64,000 bases of DNA from Bacteroidia bacterium (GCA_044448685.1 JBIOHC010000002.1:14623-78622), one strand, 5' to 3'; positions 36,414-49,854 are shown, counted from the first letter of the stretch. Translations and numbers: made by a program. The notes: generated from the letters alone by a model not told the origin.

Positions 36414-39400
36414 TTAATCCTGCTCTTCCATCTCGGCTTCTTTCTTGGAAGCCATGAGGCGGTCGTATTCTTCTTTGGAACCAACGATGATCTTTTCGAA
36501 TTCGCGTTGTCCGGTACCTGCCGGGATGAGGTGACCGACGATAACGTTTTCTTTCAGACCATTCAGAGTATCCACCTTTCCGGCAACTGCTGCTTCATTC
36601 AGCACCTTGGTTGTTTCCTGGAAGGAAGCAGCCGAGATAAAGCTGTTGGTTTGCAGAGAAGCACGGGTAATACCTTGCAGGATCTGTGAAGAGGTAGCGG
36701 CTTCGGCGTCACGGGCTTCAACGGCTTTCTTATCCTTACGCTTGAGCATGGAATTTTCATCCCTGAGCTTACGTGCACTGATAATCTGTCCGGCCTTGAG
36801 TACTTCCGAATCACCGGGCTCCACAACAACCTTCTTGGCATACAGCTTATCGTTCTCTTCCATAAAGTCCGATTTATTGCTGATCTGCTGTTCAAGGAAC
36901 ATAGTATCGCCTGGATCCTCGATATATACCTTACGCATCATCTGACGCACGATAACTTCGAAGTGTTTGTCATTGATTTTCACACCCTGCAAACGGTATA
37001 CTTCCTGTACTTCGTTTACCAGGTATTCCTGCACTGCAGTAGGACCTTTGATAGCCAATATGTCGGTCGGGCTGATAGAGCCGTCGGACAGTGATTCACC
37101 GGCCTTGATAAAGTCATTCTCCTGTACCAGGATATGCTTGGAAAGAGGCACCAGGTAAGTCTTGCGTTCGCCGGTACGGCTTTCAACAAGAACCTCACGG
37201 TTACCACGTTTTATTTTACCGAATGTAACGATACCGTCGATCTCGGCAACAACAGCAGGATTGCTTGGGTTACGTGCTTCGAAAAGCTCTGTAACACGCG
37301 GCAGACCACCGGTGATGTCACCTGATTTACCAAGGCTACGTGGGATCTTAACCAGGATCTGACCGGCCTCGATCTTCTGATCATGGTTTACGATAACGTG
37401 AGCACCTACCGGTATGTTATAGTTCTTCAGGGTGTCCTTGCCTACTACAATTTTGATGGCAGGGTTCTTTGTTTTATCCTTGGTTTCGATAATCACCTTT
37501 TCCTTAAATCCGGTTTGCTCATCGGACTCTTCACGGAATGTGATACCTTCTTCCACATTGTCGAAATCGATTTTACCCGCAAATTCGGATACGATAACGG
37601 CATTGTATGGATCCCAGTCGCACAGCAACTGACCTTTTTTCACCTTATCACCTGCTTTGATATAAAGCTGGGCACCATAAGGGATATTGGCAGTATTGAG
37701 GGTGATATGTGTATTGGCATCGATGATCCGCATTTCGGCAGAACGGGCGATAACCACATCCACTGTATTTCCATCAGGATTCTTACGTCTTACTGTACGC
37801 AGTTCTTCTATTTCAGCAATACCATCGTATTTGGCTTCGATCTTGGATGAAGCGGCAATATTCGATGCGGTACCACCTACGTGGAAGGTACGCAGTGTAA
37901 GCTGTGTACCAGGCTCACCAATAGACTGTGCAGCGATAACACCGACAGCTTCTCCGAGCTGAACCATTCGTCCGGTAGCCAGGTTACGGCCATAACACTT
38001 GGCACATACACCGTTGCGGGATTCGCAGGTCAGTACAGAACGGATTTCAACCGATTCGATAGGACTTTCCTCGATTATTTTTGCATAATCTTCGGTGATC
38101 TCACTTCCGCTTTCAATGATCATTTCACCGGTTAAAGGGTGGAATACATCATGAACGGCAGTACGTCCAAGAATACGGTCGTAGAGGCTTTCCACAACTT
38201 CGTCATTTTTCTTTAACGGAGTGGCGATAAGACCACGCAGTGTACCGCAATCCAGTTCGTTGATAACAACATCCTGAGCCACATCCACCAGACGACGTGT
38301 CAGGTAACCGGCATCGGCTGTTTTCAGGGCCGTATCGGCAAGACCTTTACGTGCACCGTGAGTAGAGATAAAATACTCCAGAATGGACAGACCTTCTTTA
38401 AAGTTTGACAATACCGGGTTTTCAATAATCTCACCTCCGGTAGAACCTGATTTCTGAGGTTTAGCCATCAGACCGCGCATTCCACCGAGCTGACGAATCT
38501 GCTCTTTGGAACCCCGGGCTCCTGAGTCAAGCATCATATATACAGAGTTGAAGCCCTGTTTATCTGTTGCAAGCTGATCAAGTACCTTCTTGGTGATACG
38601 TGCTGTTGTATGTGTCCAGATATCGATGATCTGGTTGTAACGTTCGTTGTTGGTGATGAAACCCATATTGTAGTTGTTCATCACTTCATCCACCTCTGCA
38701 TTGGATTCAGCAACCATCTGCGGCTTGTCGGCCGGAACGATTACGTCACCCAGGTTAAAGGAGAGACCACCGCGGAAGGCGGACATAAATCCGATTTCCT
38801 TGATATCATCCAGGAACCTTGCAGTACGGGCCATTCCTGTTTCTTTCAGGATAGCTCCGATAATATCGCGAAGGGATTTCTTGGTAAGCAGTTCATTGAT
38901 ATAACCTGCTTCATGTGGTACCACCTGGTTAAAGATGACACGACCTACGGTAGTTTCAATAATAGCAGGTTTCAGTTTTCCGCTCTCTTTTGAATTACTC
39001 ACTTTCACCTTGATCCAGGCATGCATATCCACCTTCCCTTCATTATGGGCAATGATTACCTCATCGGCAGAGTAGAATGTAAGACCTTCGCCCCTAACTA
39101 CTGTATCACCCATGGTTTTCTTACCCTTGGTAATATAGTAAAGACCGAGCACCATGTCCTGAGAAGGAACGGTAACAGGAGCTCCGTTGGCGGGGTTCAG
39201 GATATTGTGAGAAGCAAGCATCAGCATCTGAGCTTCGAGAATAGCAGCATGTCCCAACGGAACGTGAACCGCCATCTGGTCACCGTCAAAGTCAGCGTTA
39301 AAGGCTGTACATGTGAGCGGGTGCAGCTGGATAGCTTTTCCTTCAATCAGTTTAGGCTGGAAAGCCTGGATACCCAAACGGTGCAGTGTAGGAGCACGGT

Positions 39401-40712
39401 TAAGCAGCACAGGATGACCTTTCAGTACATTTTCGAGGATATCCCAGACAACTGCATCCTTACGGTCTACAATTTTCTTTGCCGACTTAACTGTTTTCAC
39501 AATACCGCGTTCGATGAGCTTGCGGATAATAAATGGTTTGAAGAGCTCAGCAGCCATTTCTTTTGGCAAACCACACTCATGCAGTTTCAATTCAGGACCT
39601 ACGACGATTACAGAACGTGCAGAATAGTCGACACGTTTACCGAGCAGATTCTGACGGAACCGGCCTTGTTTACCTTTCAATGAATCGGAAAGGGATTTCA
39701 GTGCACGGTTGGATTCCGTTTTAACGGCATTGGACTTACGGGAGTTGTCGAACAATGAATCGACAGCTTCCTGAAGCATACGTTTTTCATTACGCAGAAT
39801 CACATCCGGAGCCTTGATTTCAATCAGACGTTTCAGACGATTGTTACGGATGATGACACGACGGTACAGGTCATTTAAGTCGGAAGTGGCAAAACGTCCG
39901 CCATCCAGGGGAACGAGTGGGCGAAGTTCAGGTGGAATAACAGGCACCACCTTGATGATCATCCATTCTGGATTGTTCTGTACATTTTTGTTTGCGGAAC
40001 GGAAAGCTTCAACAACCTGCAGGCGTTTCAGCGCTTCATTTTTACGTTGCTGCGAAGTTTCTGTATTGGCTTTGTGACGAAGTTCATATGAAAGTTCATC
40101 AAGCTTTATACGTTTGAGGAGTTCTTCCAATGCATCGGCGCCCATTTTGGCAACGAACTTATTAGGATCGTTGTCATCAAGGTGCAGATTTTCTTTCGGG
40201 AGCGTATCCAGAATTTCCAGATACTGTTCTTCAGTCAGGAAATCGAGGTATTGAATACCGTCAACGGATTTAATACCGGCATTGATAACGACATAACGCT
40301 CGTAATAAATAACCATATCCAGTTTCTTGGTTGGCAAACCAAGCAGGTAACCTATCTTGTTAGGCAGGGAACGGAAATACCAGATATGGGCAACAGGAAC
40401 TGTCAGGTTAATATGCCCCATGCGTTCACGACGGACTTTCTTCTCCGTTACTTCCACACCGCAACGATCGCATACAATTCCTTTATAACGAATACGCTTG
40501 TATTTACCGCAATGACATTCCCAGTCTTTCACCGGACCGAAAATCCTTTCGCAGAACAAACCATCTCTTTCCGGTTTGTAGGTACGATAGTTAATGGTCT
40601 CAGGCTTAAGCACCTCTCCGCTTGACCGCTCCAGAATGGATTCCGGAGAAGCCAGACTGATAATGATCTTAGAGAAGTTGCTTTTGAGTTTGCTATCTTT
40701 TCTGAAGGACAT
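36414..40712 (-). CDS. rpoC: DNA-directed RNA polymerase subunit beta'
   Basis: The 1432-aa product has Zn-finger cysteines '[20 protein letters not shown]', the catalytic 'NADFDGDQM' motif and the bridge/trigger-loop regions. Confidence 0.97.
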   Translation of the reverse strand: MSFRKDSKLKSNFSKIIISLASPESILERSSGEVLKPETINYRTYKPERDGLFCERIFGPVKDWECHCGKYKRIRYKGIVCDRCGVEVTEKKVRRERMGHINLTVPVAHIWYFRSLPNKIGYLLGLPTKKLDMVIYYERYVVINAGIKSVDGIQYLDFLTEEQYLEILDTLPKENLHLDDNDPNKFVAKMGADALEELLKRIKLDELSYELRHKANTETSQQRKNEALKRLQVVEAFRSANKNVQNNPEWMIIKVVPVIPPELRPLVPLDGGRFATSDLNDLYRRVIIRNNRLKRLIEIKAPDVILRNEKRMLQEAVDSLFDNSRKSNAVKTESNRALKSLSDSLKGKQGRFRQNLLGKRVDYSARSVIVVGPELKLHECGLPKEMAAELFKPFIIRKLIERGIVKTVKSAKKIVDRKDAVVWDILENVLKGHPVLLNRAPTLHRLGIQAFQPKLIEGKAIQLHPLTCTAFNADFDGDQMAVHVPLGHAAILEAQMLMLASHNILNPANGAPVTVPSQDMVLGLYYITKGKKTMGDTVVRGEGLTFYSADEVIIAHNEGKVDMHAWIKVKVSNSKESGKLKPAIIETTVGRVIFNQVVPHEAGYINELLTKKSLRDIIGAILKETGMARTARFLDDIKEIGFMSAFRGGLSFNLGDVIVPADKPQMVAESNAEVDEVMNNYNMGFITNNERYNQIIDIWTHTTARITKKVLDQLATDKQGFNSVYMMLDSGARGSKEQIRQLGGMRGLMAKPQKSGSTGGEIIENPVLSNFKEGLSILEYFISTHGARKGLADTALKTADAGYLTRRLVDVAQDVVINELDCGTLRGLIATPLKKNDEVVESLYDRILGRTAVHDVFHPLTGEMIIESGSEITEDYAKIIEESPIESVEIRSVLTCESRNGVCAKCYGRNLATGRMVQLGEAVGVIAAQSIGEPGTQLTLRTFHVGGTASNIAASSKIEAKYDGIAEIEELRTVRRKNPDGNTVDVVIARSAEMRIIDANTHITLNTANIPYGAQLYIKAGDKVKKGQLLCDWDPYNAVIVSEFAGKIDFDNVEEGITFREESDEQTGFKEKVIIETKDKTKNPAIKIVVGKDTLKNYNIPVGAHVIVNHDQKIEAGQILVKIPRSLGKSGDITGGLPRVTELFEARNPSNPAVVAEIDGIVTFGKIKRGNREVLVESRTGERKTYLVPLSKHILVQENDFIKAGESLSDGSISPTDILAIKGPTAVQEYLVNEVQEVYRLQGVKINDKHFEVIVRQMMRKVYIEDPGDTMFLEQQISNKSDFMEENDKLYAKKVVVEPGDSEVLKAGQIISARKLRDENSMLKRKDKKAVEARDAEAATSSQILQGITRASLQTNSFISAASFQETTKVLNEAAVAGKVDTLNGLKENVIVGHLIPAGTGQREFEKIIVGSKEEYDRLMASKKEAEMEEQD

Positions 40713-40766
40713 ATTTATTTTTTTTGATACTATTAAAAGATAAACCGTTTCTAATCCCGTTCTCTG

Positions 40767-43700
40767 TTACTCAAGGGAGATGTTCAGTGCAAGACCTTTC
40801 AGCTCATGCATCAATACATTGAAAGATTCAGGAATACCCGGTGTCGGCATATTCTCCCCTTTCACGATTGCTTCATATGCTTTGGCTCTTCCAACGACAT
40901 CATCCGACTTGATAGTCAGGATTTCCTGCAGGATATTGGCTGCACCGAAAGCTTCCAGTGCCCAAACTTCCATCTCACCAAAACGCTGACCTCCAAACTG
41001 GGCTTTACCACCCAGAGGCTGTTGTGTGATGAGTGAGTATGGACCGATGGAACGTGCGTGCATCTTGTCATCAACCATATGTCCTAATTTGAGCATATAA
41101 ATGATTCCAACAGTTGCAGGCTGGTCAAAACGCATACCGGTTCCTCCATCATACAGATAGGTACGGCCGAAGCGTGGAATATTTGCTTCGTCAGTGTATT
41201 TGTTGATGTCATCAAGCGATGCTCCGTCGAAAATAGGAGTAGAGAAACGCAGACCAAGTTTTTGACCGGCCCAGGCCAGCACCGTTTCATAGATCTGACC
41301 AAGGTTCATACGGGAAGGTACACCCAATGGGTTCAGTACGATATCCACAGTTGTTCCGTCAGCCAGGAAAGGCATATCTTCTTCACGCACAATACGGGCA
41401 ACGATACCTTTGTTACCGTGGCGGCCTGCCATTTTATCACCCACTTTCAGCTTACGTTTCTTGGCAATGTACACTTTGGCAAGCTGTACGATCCCTGTTG
41501 GTAATTCGTCTCCTACCGATACAGCAAACTTCTTGCGTTTGTTGATACCAAGCAGGTCATTGTGCTTGATATTGAAATTATGCAGAATGGTTTTTACATC
41601 TTCATTGGCATCCTTGTCCGGAGTCCACTTACTGGAGTTCACCGTGCTGTAATCGATCTTTTCCAGGATCTTCTGAGTGAATTTGGTGCCTTTCGGAACC
41701 ACTTCCTCTTTCAGGATATTGGTTACACCCTGGGATGTTTTTCCGCTGAGGATAGAGAACAACTTTTCAGACAGTTTCTCTTTCAGTTCGGCAACAGCCT
41801 GGTTGTATTCCTTATCGAATTTATCCATTACTGTCTTCTCTTCCAGCTTGGCTTTCTTATCCTTGATAACACGGGAGAAGAGTTTCTTGTCGATAACGAC
41901 ACCACGGATTGAAGGCGGAACTTTCAATGAAGCATCTTTCACGTCACCGGCTTTATCACCGAAGATTGCGCGAAGCAGCTTTTCTTCAGGAGAAGGATCT
42001 GTCTCTCCTTTAGGAGTGATTTTTCCAATCAGGATATCCCCTTCTTTCACATCGGCACCTACTCGGATCAATCCGTTTTCATCCAGATCTTTCGTTGCTT
42101 CTTCCGATACGTTTGGAATATCCGCTGTGAGCTCCTCGAGTCCGCGTTTGGTATCCCGTACTTCCATTACATACTCATCGATATGGATAGAAGTAAAGAT
42201 ATCATCGCGCACAACCTTTTCGGAGATCACGATAGCATCCTCAAAGTTGTAACCTTTCCAGGGCATGAAAGCCACTTTCAGGTTCTGACCCAATGCCAGT
42301 TCACCACCTTGTGTGGCGTAACCTTCACAAAGGATTTGTCCACGCTTCACCTTTTCGCCCTTACGTACCATAGGACGCAGGTTGATACAGGTGCTTTGGT
42401 TGGTTTTCCTGAATTTGGTGAGCTTGTATGTTTTCACATCATCGTCGAAGCTGACAAGACGCTCATGTTCGGAACGGTTGTAACGAACGGTAATTTCATT
42501 TGCATCAACGGTCTCAACAATACCCTCCCCTTCTGAGTTAATCAGTACGCGGGAGTCTTTCGCGATAAGACCTTCGAGTCCGGTACCTACAATAGGAGCT
42601 GTAGGGCGAAGCAATGGAACAGCCTGGCGTTGCATGTTAGATCCCATCAGGGCACGGTTGGCATCATCATGTTCCAGGAAAGGAATAAGGGATGCAGCAA
42701 TGGATGCGATCTGATTCGGAGCTACGTCCATGAGGTGAATAGCCGATGGTTCAACAACCGGGAAGTCACCTTCAAAACGAGCTTTGATCTTGGTTTCCTG
42801 AAAATCTCCCTTATCGGAAATAGGTGCATTGGCCTGAGCGATGATCTTACGATCTTCCTCTTCGGCCGTGAGATAAATTACATCTTTCTCAATATCCACC
42901 CGTCCGTTGGCAACACTGCGGTAAGGTGTTTCAATGAAACCGAGTTTATTGATTTTGGCATATACACACAGGGAAGAAATCAAACCGATATTCGGGCCTT
43001 CCGGTGTTTCGATAGTGCAAAGACGTCCGTAGTGCGTATAGTGTACGTCACGAACCTCAAAACCTGCACGCTCGCGGGAAAGACCACCGGGTCCCAGTGC
43101 GCTCAGCCTACGCTTATGCGTAATCTCAGCGAGTGGGTTGGTTTGATCCATAAACTGTGATAACTGATTCGTTCCGAAGAAAGAATTGATCACAGAACTC
43201 AGGGTCTTGGCGTTGATCAGATCCGTAGGTGTGAACACCTCGTTATCCCTTACGTTCATCCGCTCGCGGATGGTACGGGCCATACGGGCAAGACCTACTC
43301 CGAACTGGGAATAAAGTTGCTCACCAACGGTGCGGACACGACGATTGCTCAGGTGGTCAATATCATCGATATCTGTCTTGGAGTTGATCAGTTCGATGAG
43401 GTATTTCAGAATAAGGATGATATCCTCTTTTGTAAGAACGCGAACATCGGAATCTGTATTGATACCGAGTTTCTTGTTCAGACGGTAACGGCCAACCTCA
43501 CCGAGGTCATAACGTTTATCAGAGAAGAAGAGTTTGTCTATGATACCGCGTGCGGTTTCCTCATCCGGTGGTTCTGCATTACGCAGCTGACGGTAGATAT
43601 GTTCTACAGCTTCCTTTTCAGAGTTTGAAGTATCTTTCTGAAGGGTGTTATAGATGATGGCGTAATCGATGTTATTGGCATCTTCCTTATGCAGGATAAT

Positions 43701-44576
43701 TGTTTTAACATTGGCATCCACAATCGGATCGATGTGCTGTTCTTCCAGAATTGTCTCCCGGTCGATGATCACTTCATTCCTTTCAATGGACACAACTTCA
43801 CCGGTATCCTCATCCACGAAATCTTCCACCCATGTTTTCAGTACACGTGCAGCAAGCTTACGGCCCAGTACGCTTTTCAGTCCGGATTTGCTAACCTTTA
43901 CTTCATCGGCAAGACCGAAGATTTCAAGAATCTGCTTATCGCTTTCGAAACCGATAGCGCGGAGAAGTGTGGTAACAGGTAATTTTTTCTTACGGTCGAT
44001 ATACGCATACATGACATTGTTGATGTCAGTGGCGAATTCGATCCAGGATCCTTTGAATGGGATCACACGTGCAGAATAGAGTTTTGTTCCGTTGGCATGA
44101 CGGCTCTGTCCGAAGAATACTCCGGGTGAGCGGTGCAGCTGGGAAACGACAACCCTTTCAGCTCCGTTGATAACAAAGGTCCCTTTGGGTGTCATATAGG
44201 GAATTGTACCCAGGTATACATCCTGAATGATAGTCTCGAAGTCCTCGTGTTCAGGATCGGTACAATACAATTTCAGTTTTGCTTTGAGGGGAACGCTGTA
44301 GGTCAGGCCCCTTTCGATGCATTCGTCAATTGTGTAACGTGGAGGATCGATAAAATAATCGAGAAATTCCAGTACGAAATTGTTACGGGCATCCGATATC
44401 GGGAAGTTTTCACTGAATACCTTGTAGAGACCTTCATTTATTCGGTTCTCACTGGTAGTTTCCAGCTGAAAGAAATCCTGGAATGATTTTAATTGTATTT
44501 CAAGAAAGTCTGGATATTCCAACAGGGATTTGCTTCCTGAGAAATTTATCCGCTGAGATTTTTTTACGTTTTCCAA
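40767..44576 (-). CDS. rpoB: DNA-directed RNA polymerase subunit beta
   Basis: The 1269-aa product has rif-cluster and catalytic motifs including '[12 protein letters not shown]' and '[10 protein letters not shown]'. Confidence 0.97.
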   Translation of the reverse strand: MENVKKSQRINFSGSKSLLEYPDFLEIQLKSFQDFFQLETTSENRINEGLYKVFSENFPISDARNNFVLEFLDYFIDPPRYTIDECIERGLTYSVPLKAKLKLYCTDPEHEDFETIIQDVYLGTIPYMTPKGTFVINGAERVVVSQLHRSPGVFFGQSRHANGTKLYSARVIPFKGSWIEFATDINNVMYAYIDRKKKLPVTTLLRAIGFESDKQILEIFGLADEVKVSKSGLKSVLGRKLAARVLKTWVEDFVDEDTGEVVSIERNEVIIDRETILEEQHIDPIVDANVKTIILHKEDANNIDYAIIYNTLQKDTSNSEKEAVEHIYRQLRNAEPPDEETARGIIDKLFFSDKRYDLGEVGRYRLNKKLGINTDSDVRVLTKEDIILILKYLIELINSKTDIDDIDHLSNRRVRTVGEQLYSQFGVGLARMARTIRERMNVRDNEVFTPTDLINAKTLSSVINSFFGTNQLSQFMDQTNPLAEITHKRRLSALGPGGLSRERAGFEVRDVHYTHYGRLCTIETPEGPNIGLISSLCVYAKINKLGFIETPYRSVANGRVDIEKDVIYLTAEEEDRKIIAQANAPISDKGDFQETKIKARFEGDFPVVEPSAIHLMDVAPNQIASIAASLIPFLEHDDANRALMGSNMQRQAVPLLRPTAPIVGTGLEGLIAKDSRVLINSEGEGIVETVDANEITVRYNRSEHERLVSFDDDVKTYKLTKFRKTNQSTCINLRPMVRKGEKVKRGQILCEGYATQGGELALGQNLKVAFMPWKGYNFEDAIVISEKVVRDDIFTSIHIDEYVMEVRDTKRGLEELTADIPNVSEEATKDLDENGLIRVGADVKEGDILIGKITPKGETDPSPEEKLLRAIFGDKAGDVKDASLKVPPSIRGVVIDKKLFSRVIKDKKAKLEEKTVMDKFDKEYNQAVAELKEKLSEKLFSILSGKTSQGVTNILKEEVVPKGTKFTQKILEKIDYSTVNSSKWTPDKDANEDVKTILHNFNIKHNDLLGINKRKKFAVSVGDELPTGIVQLAKVYIAKKRKLKVGDKMAGRHGNKGIVARIVREEDMPFLADGTTVDIVLNPLGVPSRMNLGQIYETVLAWAGQKLGLRFSTPIFDGASLDDINKYTDEANIPRFGRTYLYDGGTGMRFDQPATVGIIYMLKLGHMVDDKMHARSIGPYSLITQQPLGGKAQFGGQRFGEMEVWALEAFGAANILQEILTIKSDDVVGRAKAYEAIVKGENMPTPGIPESFNVLMHELKGLALNISLE

Positions 44577-44654
44577 GTGGGTCGGGTGTTAATGGTGCTA
44601 CCTTCAATCTCAAATAAATGATCCCGAGAAGCAGGAGTAGTCCTGAATTCGGGA

Positions 44655-44695
44655 GTAACAATGACAAAGCCTCTACCCGTGTACACGGGTAGAGG
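44655..44695 (-). terminator. Intrinsic terminator/attenuator hairpin between rplL and rpoB
   Basis: A perfect 11-bp stem 'cctctacccgtg-tac-acgggtagagg' is followed on the minus strand by a U-rich 'ctttgtcattgtt'. This is the classical rplL-rpoB attenuator position. Confidence 0.6.
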
Positions 44696-44726
44696 TTATG
44701 CCTGTGAATCCGATATTGCGATTGGA

Positions 44727-45104
44727 TTACTTGATCTCAACTTCGGCTCCTGCTTCAGTAAGTTGCTTCTTGATAGCTTCAGCTTCTTCTTTGTTGATAC
44801 CCTCTTTAATTGCTTTAGGGGCACCATCAACAAGATCTTTTGCTTCTTTCAGACCAAGACCTGTAAGATCTTTAACGATCTTAACAACTCCCAGTTTCTG
44901 AGCTCCACCTGATTTCAGGATTACATCGAAAGCTGTTTTTTCAGCAACTGCGGCTCCGCCTGCTGCTCCACCACCTGCTGCTACTGCAACAGCGGCTGCT
45001 GCCGGCTCAATACCGTATTCATCTTTCAGAATAGTTGCCAATTCGTTAACTTCCTTAACGGTCAGGTTAACCAATTGCTCAGCGAACGCTTTTAAATCTG
45101 CCAT
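44727..45104 (-). CDS. rplL: 50S ribosomal protein L7/L12
   Basis: The Ala/Gly-rich hinge '[18 protein letters not shown]' and C-terminal domain '...[24 protein letters not shown]' are present. Confidence 0.95.
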   Translation of the reverse strand: MADLKAFAEQLVNLTVKEVNELATILKDEYGIEPAAAAVAVAAGGGAAGGAAVAEKTAFDVILKSGGAQKLGVVKIVKDLTGLGLKEAKDLVDGAPKAIKEGINKEEAEAIKKQLTEAGAEVEIK

Positions 45105-45160
45105 TTTATTTTGATTTTAATTGTTAGTTACTTGTTTGAATTGTTTGGATAATCGGGTAC

Positions 45161-45685
45161 TTATTCTGGTCTTTCGGAAAGTGTCTTCACGATACCGGCC
45201 AGTTTGTTTTTTCCGGACAGAAGACCGGAAATGACATTCTTGGCAGGTGATTGAAGGGCGGCAATGATATCACCGATAACCTCATTCTTAGAGCGAATGC
45301 TGGCAAGTGCATCGAGCATATTATCGCCGATATACACACTTTCTTCAACAAAAGCAGCTTTCAGAACTGGTCTTTTTCCGTCTTTACGGAATTCCTTAAT
45401 CATTTTCGCAGGTTCACTCCCGGATTCGCAGAAGAGAATGGAGGTAGATCCTTTTAAAACCCCATACAAGGGTTTAAACTGGGCATCGGAAGTGCGTTCC
45501 ATAGCTTTCTCAAGCAGGGTATTTTTAACAACGATCATACCGATCTTTTTGTTAAAACACATCCTTCTCAGTTTGCTGGTCTGCTCAGCCGGAAGTCCGG
45601 AGGTATCTGCCAGATAGAAGTTCTTGTTGGCAGTTAATTTCTGCACAAGCTCATCTATAATCAGGGTTTTTTCTTCTTTGTTCAT
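45161..45685 (-). CDS. rplJ: 50S ribosomal protein L10
   Basis: It is 174 aa, lies in the rplKAJL context, and has the L10 N-terminal domain. Confidence 0.9.
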   Translation of the reverse strand: MNKEEKTLIIDELVQKLTANKNFYLADTSGLPAEQTSKLRRMCFNKKIGMIVVKNTLLEKAMERTSDAQFKPLYGVLKGSTSILFCESGSEPAKMIKEFRKDGKRPVLKAAFVEESVYIGDNMLDALASIRSKNEVIGDIIAALQSPAKNVISGLLSGKNKLAGIVKTLSERPE

Positions 45686-45724
45686 TGCGTTGTTTTTTAG
45701 CTGTCTGGTCCCGGTTTACCGGAA

Positions 45725-46426
45725 TCAGGACATGAGCGTCTTGGTTTCAATCTGGATGCCAGGGCTCATGGTGCTTGACATAGCAACACTACGCAGATAG
45801 GCTCCTTTGGCCGAAGAAGGTTTCAGTTTGATGATCGTTTGCAAAAGTTCATTTGCATTCTCTGTCAGTTTCTCCGCATCGAAGGAAACTTTACCTACAG
45901 CAGCATGGATAATACCGGCTTTGTCAACTTTGAAATCGATTTTTCCTCCTTTGGATTCTTTAACCGCTTTCGCAACATCCATCGTTACGGTACCTGTTTT
46001 AGGGTTTGGCATCAGTCCACGCGGACCGAGTACTTTACCCAATGCACCCACTTTTCCCATCATGCTGGGTGTCGTGATAATAACATCCACATCTGTCCAG
46101 CCTTCTTTGATTTTGGTGATGAATTCATCAGAACCAACGAAATCTGCGCCAGCAGCTTTTGCTTCGGCTTCCTTATCGGGTGTACAGATTACCAGAATGC
46201 GCATTGTTTTACCGGTACCATGTGGAAGGTTAACCGTTCCACGAACCATTTGATTCGCTTTTTTCGGGTCAACTCCCAGACGGATACTCAGATCTACTGA
46301 TGCATCGAACTTGGTAGTAGTGATTGCCTTAACTACTTTGGATGCCTCTTCCACACTATAGGATTTGGTGGCATCGTAAGCGGCCAGGGACTTTTTTCGG
46401 TTTTTGCTGATAGCAGCCATTGTCAT
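45725..46426 (-). CDS. rplA: 50S ribosomal protein L1
   Basis: It is 233 aa with '[21 protein letters not shown]', typical of L1. Confidence 0.95.
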   Translation of the reverse strand: MTMAAISKNRKKSLAAYDATKSYSVEEASKVVKAITTTKFDASVDLSIRLGVDPKKANQMVRGTVNLPHGTGKTMRILVICTPDKEAEAKAAGADFVGSDEFITKIKEGWTDVDVIITTPSMMGKVGALGKVLGPRGLMPNPKTGTVTMDVAKAVKESKGGKIDFKVDKAGIIHAAVGKVSFDAEKLTENANELLQTIIKLKPSSAKGAYLRSVAMSSTMSPGIQIETKTLMS

Positions 46427-46483
46427 GGTTTTTTGATGTGCAAACGTCCCGATTAATTCATCGGGACTCCATCGGTGAATGAA

Positions 46484-46930
46484 TTACTTCTTCTTCAAAG
46501 GACTTTCTCCTTTGATATCGATGCCAAGACTCCTTGCGGTACCGGCAACCATACTCATGGCGGATTCTACCGTAAAACAATTCAGGTCGGGCATTTTCGC
46601 TTCCGCGATCTGCTTCACCTGATCCCAGGTAACGGTTCCGACTTTCTTACGATTCGATTCAGCTGACCCGGTCTGTATCTTCACAGCATCTTTCAGCTGG
46701 ATGGCTACAGGAGGAGTCTTCATGATGAACTCGAAAGACTTATCGTTGTAAACCGTAATGATTACAGGGATCACCTTCCCGGCCTTATCCTGTGTGGCAG
46801 CATTGAATTTCTTACAGAAATCCATGATGTTCACACCTTTTGCACCCAGTGCAGGTCCAATCGGGGGTGAAGGGTTAGCAGCTCCGCCTTTGATCTGAAG
46901 CTTGATCAGTGCGCTTACTACTTTTGCCAT
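46484..46930 (-). CDS. rplK: 50S ribosomal protein L11
   Basis: It has '[22 protein letters not shown]', the L11 N-terminal thiostrepton-region motif. Confidence 0.95.
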   Translation of the reverse strand: MAKVVSALIKLQIKGGAANPSPPIGPALGAKGVNIMDFCKKFNAATQDKAGKVIPVIITVYNDKSFEFIMKTPPVAIQLKDAVKIQTGSAESNRKKVGTVTWDQVKQIAEAKMPDLNCFTVESAMSMVAGTARSLGIDIKGESPLKKK

Positions 46931-46993
46931 GTTGTTTGATTAAATTAGTTTAATGTTAACTATGTTGGAAGCATGCGTAACATTCATTGAAAA

Positions 46994-47557
46994 CTACTCC
47001 TTTTCGACCTGCAGGTAACTGAGTTCGAGGGGAGTTTTGCGACCGAAGATCTTCACCATCACTTTCAACTTCTTCTTCTCTTCGTTCACTTCTTCTATCA
47101 CACCGGTAAAGGTGTTGAAAGGACCATCTATCACTTTAACTGTTTCTCCCACAAAGAATTGATTTACGCTGGCCTCTTCGGTCACCGCCAATTCATCAAC
47201 CTTGCCCAATATACGGTTCACTTCAGCCAGGCGCAGCGGAACTGCTTCTCCTGATTTGGAACCTAAAAAACCGATAACACCGGTGATATTTTTGATCATG
47301 TGGGGAATCTCACCCACCAATACAGCTTCTAAAAGAACATAGCCCGGAAAAAAATTCCGTTCCTTACTCACTTTCTTGCCATTCTTAATCTGATAGATCT
47401 TCTCTGTCGGAATTAATACCTGAGATACATAATCGGTCAATCCCAGACGGCTGATTTCAGATTCAATATACTGCTTGATCTTCTTTTCCTTGCCGTTGAC
47501 GACGCGAATCACGTACCACTTTTTGGCTTGTTCAATATGTGCAGCCTTTTGAGCCAT
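46994..47557 (-). CDS. nusG: Transcription termination/antitermination factor NusG
   Basis: The NGN domain '[15 protein letters not shown]' and C-terminal KOW '[21 protein letters not shown]' are present. Confidence 0.93.
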   Translation of the reverse strand: MAQKAAHIEQAKKWYVIRVVNGKEKKIKQYIESEISRLGLTDYVSQVLIPTEKIYQIKNGKKVSKERNFFPGYVLLEAVLVGEIPHMIKNITGVIGFLGSKSGEAVPLRLAEVNRILGKVDELAVTEEASVNQFFVGETVKVIDGPFNTFTGVIEEVNEEKKKLKVMVKIFGRKTPLELSYLQVEKE

Positions 47558-47575
47558 TGTACAGCAATTAAAATA

Positions 47576-47773
47576 TTAAAATGCCTGGTAAATCGTTTTC
47601 ATGATAAAACTGAAGCCATAATCCATTCCGAAAATGACCAGCGCTATAATGACAGAAGCAATCGCCACTACTCCGGCGCTTTCCTGCAATTCACTCCAGG
47701 TAGGCCAGCTTACTTTATGCAGCAGCTCGTTGCTGGTTTCCTCTATGTATGCTCTGATTTTATTCATATGCAA
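47576..47773 (-). CDS. secE: Preprotein translocase subunit SecE
   Basis: It is 65 aa with a single C-terminal TM helix, sitting between tRNA-Trp and nusG as in the canonical arrangement. It has the motif 'ELLHKVSWPTWSEL'. Confidence 0.85.
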   Translation of the reverse strand: MHMNKIRAYIEETSNELLHKVSWPTWSELQESAGVVAIASVIIALVIFGMDYGFSFIMKTIYQAF

Positions 47774-47817
47774 TGATATTAAAATCCTCCTCTTTGCCTG
47801 TTTAATATTTTCTTCAG

Positions 47818-47888
47818 CACGGGCGGAGAGATTCGAACTCCCATCAAAGGTTTTGGAGACCTCTATTCTACCCTTGAACTACGCCCGT
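47818..47888 (-). tRNA. tRNA-Trp (anticodon CCA)
   Basis: The minus-strand sequence ACGGGCG-TA-GTTC...GAAT-A-GAGGT-CTCCAAA-ACCTT-TGAT-GGGAG-TTCGAAT-CTCTC-CGCCCGT-G folds as a cloverleaf with a 7-bp acceptor stem and anticodon CCA. Confidence 0.85.
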
Positions 47889-47928
47889 TTATAATGCGCA
47901 AACAGAAAAACAAGGTTCGGAACCAGAG

Positions 47929-47965
47929 TAAAAAGGGGTATTGCCTTTGGGCAATACTCCTTTTT
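47929..47965 (-). terminator. Intrinsic terminator downstream of tuf
   Basis: The plus strand reads 'aaaaaggggtattgcctttgggcaatactccttttt'. On the minus strand the stem ggagtattgcc/ggcaatacccc is followed by UUUUU, and an A/T run on both sides suggests bidirectional capacity. Confidence 0.6.
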
Positions 47966-47987
47966 GATAGTCTCCAGATCGTTAATA

Positions 47988-49175
47988 CTACTTGATGATG
48001 TCAACTACCTGACCTGCACCAACTGTTCTTCCACCTTCGCGGATTGCGAAACGAAGACCTTTGTCCATTGCAACAGGAACGATAAGTTTTACAGTGATGG
48101 TAACGTTATCACCAGGCATAACCATTTCGCGTCCGGCCGGAAGATCAATCTCTCCGGTTACGTCAGTTGTACGCAGGTAGAACTGAGGACGGTATTTGTT
48201 ATGGAATGGTGTATGGCGACCACCTTCTTCTTTCTTCAATACATAGATCTCTGCAGTGAATTCAGTGTGAGGAGTGATAGAACCGGGTTTGGCAATAACC
48301 ATACCGCGGCGGATATCCTTCTTGTCCACACCGCGCAGGAGCAAACCTACGTTATCACCTGCTTCTCCACGATCCAGCAATTTGCGGAACATTTCAACAC
48401 CGGTTACGGTTGATTTCAGTTTGGCATCTCCCATTCCGATAATCTCGATTTCTTCTCCTACGTTCACAACACCTGTTTCGATACGGCCTGTAGCAACAGT
48501 TCCGCGACCGGTGATAGTGAATACGTCTTCAACCGGCATCAGGAAAGGCTTGTCGACCTGACGGGGAGGGATTGGAATAAAGCTATCCACGGCATCCATC
48601 AGTTCCATGATTTTTTCCACCCATTTTGGCTCTTTATTCAGGCCACCCAATGCAGATCCACGGATGATTGGTGTCGCAACACCATCAAATTTATAGAATG
48701 TGAGCAGGTCACGGATTTCCATTTCAACAAGATCCAGAAGCTCTAAATCGTCAACCATGTCCACCTTGTTCATGAATACAACGATTTTAGGAACACCAAC
48801 CTGACGGGCCAGCAGGATATGCTCGCGTGTCTGTGGCATTGGACCATCTGTTGCAGCTACAACCAGGATAGCACCATCCATCTGGGCAGCACCGGTAACC
48901 ATGTTTTTCACATAGTCAGCGTGACCAGGACAATCTACGTGTGCATAGTGGCGGTTAGCCGTTGCATATTCCACGTGAGAAGTGTTGATGGTAATACCAC
49001 GTTCTTTTTCCTCCGGTGCATTATCGATCGAAGAAAAGTCTCTTGCTACTGCAAGGCCTTTATCAGCCAGCACAGATGTGATAGCAGCAGTAAGAGTCGT
49101 TTTACCGTGGTCGACGTGACCGATGGTACCGATGTTGACATGGGGTTTGGAACGGTCGAATTTTTCTTTAGCCAT
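47988..49175 (-). CDS. tuf: Elongation factor Tu
   Basis: The P-loop 'GHVDHGKTT', 'DCPGHADY', 'NKVD' and remaining EF-Tu motifs are present in the 395-aa product. Confidence 0.97.
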   Translation of the reverse strand: MAKEKFDRSKPHVNIGTIGHVDHGKTTLTAAITSVLADKGLAVARDFSSIDNAPEEKERGITINTSHVEYATANRHYAHVDCPGHADYVKNMVTGAAQMDGAILVVAATDGPMPQTREHILLARQVGVPKIVVFMNKVDMVDDLELLDLVEMEIRDLLTFYKFDGVATPIIRGSALGGLNKEPKWVEKIMELMDAVDSFIPIPPRQVDKPFLMPVEDVFTITGRGTVATGRIETGVVNVGEEIEIIGMGDAKLKSTVTGVEMFRKLLDRGEAGDNVGLLLRGVDKKDIRRGMVIAKPGSITPHTEFTAEIYVLKKEEGGRHTPFHNKYRPQFYLRTTDVTGEIDLPAGREMVMPGDNVTITVKLIVPVAMDKGLRFAIREGGRTVGAGQVVDIIK

Positions 49176-49312
49176 AGCTATATTTAAATTAAATTGTGTT
49201 TACTTATTGTTTTTTTTATGAATTACTTACTGAACGCTTACTCCTCTCCGCACAAATTGCTTTCCCTTGATTTCCCCTTCTCCTTGACCTGCCTGATACC
49301 GGCTGGCTTTAG

Positions 49313-49384
<72 letters not shown>

Positions 49385-49404
49385 TTGGTGCGTTGAGGTT
49401 GCTT

Positions 49405-49480
49405 TGGAGCGGAAGACCGGGCTCGAACCGGCCACCCTCAGCTTGGAAGGCTGACGCTCTACCAAATGAGCTACTTCCGC
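49405..49480 (-). tRNA. tRNA-Gly (anticodon TCC), CCA encoded
   Basis: The minus strand reads GCGGAAG-TA-GCTCATTTGGTAGAGC-G-TCAGC-CTTCCAA-GCTGA-GGGTG-GCCGG-TTCGAGC-CCGGT-CTTCCGC-T-CCA. Confidence 0.85.
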
Positions 49481-49581
49481 TTAAACACTGCATTTTAAAA
49501 GAACAAAAACAAACCTTAATCACACTTACTCTTTAATCAATTCTTCCATTTTATCAGGTCTTCCCTCACCAAACGAAGATG

Positions 49582-49664
49582 TGGGGAGAGAAGGATTCGA
49601 ACCTTCGAACTCGTAAGAGGACAGATTTACAGTCTGTTGCCGTTGGCCACTTGGCTATCTCCCC
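49582..49664 (-). tRNA. tRNA-Tyr (anticodon GTA), with a long variable arm
   Basis: The minus strand reads GGGGAGA-TA-GCCAAGTGGCCAACGGC-A-ACAGA-CTGTAAA-TCTGT-(long variable arm)-GAAGG-TTCGAAT-CCTTC-TCTCCCC-A. Confidence 0.85.
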
Positions 49665-49681
49665 AAAATCCTTCACTGGTC

Positions 49682-49757
49682 TGGAGCCGAAGAAGGGACT
49701 CGAACCCCCGACCAGCTGATTACAAATCAGCTGCTCTACCAGCTGAGCTACTTCGGC
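49682..49757 (-). tRNA. tRNA-Thr (anticodon TGT), CCA encoded
   Basis: The minus strand reads GCCGAAG-TA-GCTCAGCTGGTAGAGC-A-GCTGA-TTTGTAA-TCAGC-TGGTC-GGGGG-TTCGAGT-CCCTT-CTTCGGC-T-CCA. Confidence 0.85.
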
Positions 49758-49822
49758 TTGATTATCAATATGTTATGAACGTTTTCCACAGAAAAAGCAA
49801 TAGCATTCCTGAAAAAGGACTG

Positions 49823-49854
49823 CAAATGTAGAAAACTTAATTAATCCTACAAAG
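49823..49854 (-). promoter_or_regulatory. Candidate Bacteroidetes sigma-A promoter for the tRNA-tuf transcription unit (-33 TTTG / -7 TAnnTTTG)
   Basis: The minus strand reads 'cTTTGtaggattaattaagttttcTACATTTGcag'. TTTG, a 19-nt spacer and TAcaTTTG match the Bacteroides consensus, about 60 nt upstream of tRNA-Thr(TGT). Confidence 0.4.

Noticed and set aside
36599-44486. Many 60-220-aa ORFs on the plus strand inside rpoB and rpoC (e.g. 39021..39683, 41677..42252, 42630..43160)
   Set aside because: They are antisense to long, highly conserved RNA polymerase genes. Random ORFs of this length are expected in regions of that size, and they show no motifs.
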